A DNA stretch of 64,000 nt, from contig NC_068984.1 of the NCBI RefSeq assembly GCF_001194135.2, positions 28,431,861 to 28,495,860 of the forward strand, in the 5' to 3' direction. The notes under the pieces were generated by a model. It saw only the letters and a program-made list of their open reading frames with translations. It did no database searches and had not been told where the DNA came from. The DNA is from Octopus bimaculoides. Lineage: Eukaryota. This document shows positions 63,518-64,000 of this stretch, piece by piece (positions within the stretch are counted from its first letter, which is position 1; each line of letters begins with the position of its first letter). A program made the position numbers and the translations under genes.

Positions 63518-64000
63518 AACATATTGTTTATCTGTGACTTCAACAAATGTTACTGCCACCCAAGTGCTGTCAATTTGAAGATTTTCAACCCTCACTCCAC
63601 ACAAACATATAGACGATGGGCTTCCATATAAATTCTGCCCACGCTTGTTTGCTCAAGACACACAAAGAAATTGTGAGGTGAACTTTTTAACCCCACAAGA
63701 AGATAGATGTTTTCGTATAGTTATGCTTCATCAGTTATTCACACTGAATCCATTACTTATAGCTTACTAAGAAGTGCTATTTTTATGTGTAAATGGCAAA
63801 TGGTAAATTTGCTGACATGTGCAAAGGTTTGGCAAGTCTAATGATGTCACTGATTGCCTATCCTAATGTGTTGTTACATACATTGTCTACAAAGAAAATT
63901 CCTCCTCCAAGACAGTTAATGCAATGAAGATATTTTCAATTTCCAGTGTGTATGAAACTGTATACACATAATTATTTTAATCATTGTTGTTAAGAGAGTT

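Overview
AT-rich, microsatellite-dense animal genomic DNA with seven N gaps. The SINE and RTE-LINE families look like octopus/cephalopod repeats (inference from memory, no search run). Most of the window is transposon debris: several tRNA-derived SINE families, RTE, CR1/L2-like and Penelope-like retroelement remnants, mariner/Tc1, hAT and Helitron-like pieces, and fold-back palindromes. None of the long ORFs in the track is a host gene. Manual splice analysis did find two compatible minus-strand exons (62556-62395 and 59349-59246) encoding an S/T/P-rich stalk and a hydrophobic GPI-signal-like C-terminus, so the 3' end of a host gene probably lies at the right of the window. The most notable items are: (i) a type I hammerhead ribozyme fold with all three helices intact at 13013-13059, heading a highly structured ~270-nt element, plus several other hammerhead-like remnants tied to Penelope-like DNA; (ii) a broken SAP + SWIM zinc-finger ORF at ~4.7-5.6 kb; (iii) a nested palindromic element carrying splice-donor consensus sites on both strands; (iv) LINE fragments carrying PHD-like and C2H2 fingers; (v) two long hairpins upstream of the 62.4-kb exon, probably intronic. 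No CRISPR array, rRNA or genuine tRNA gene is supported.
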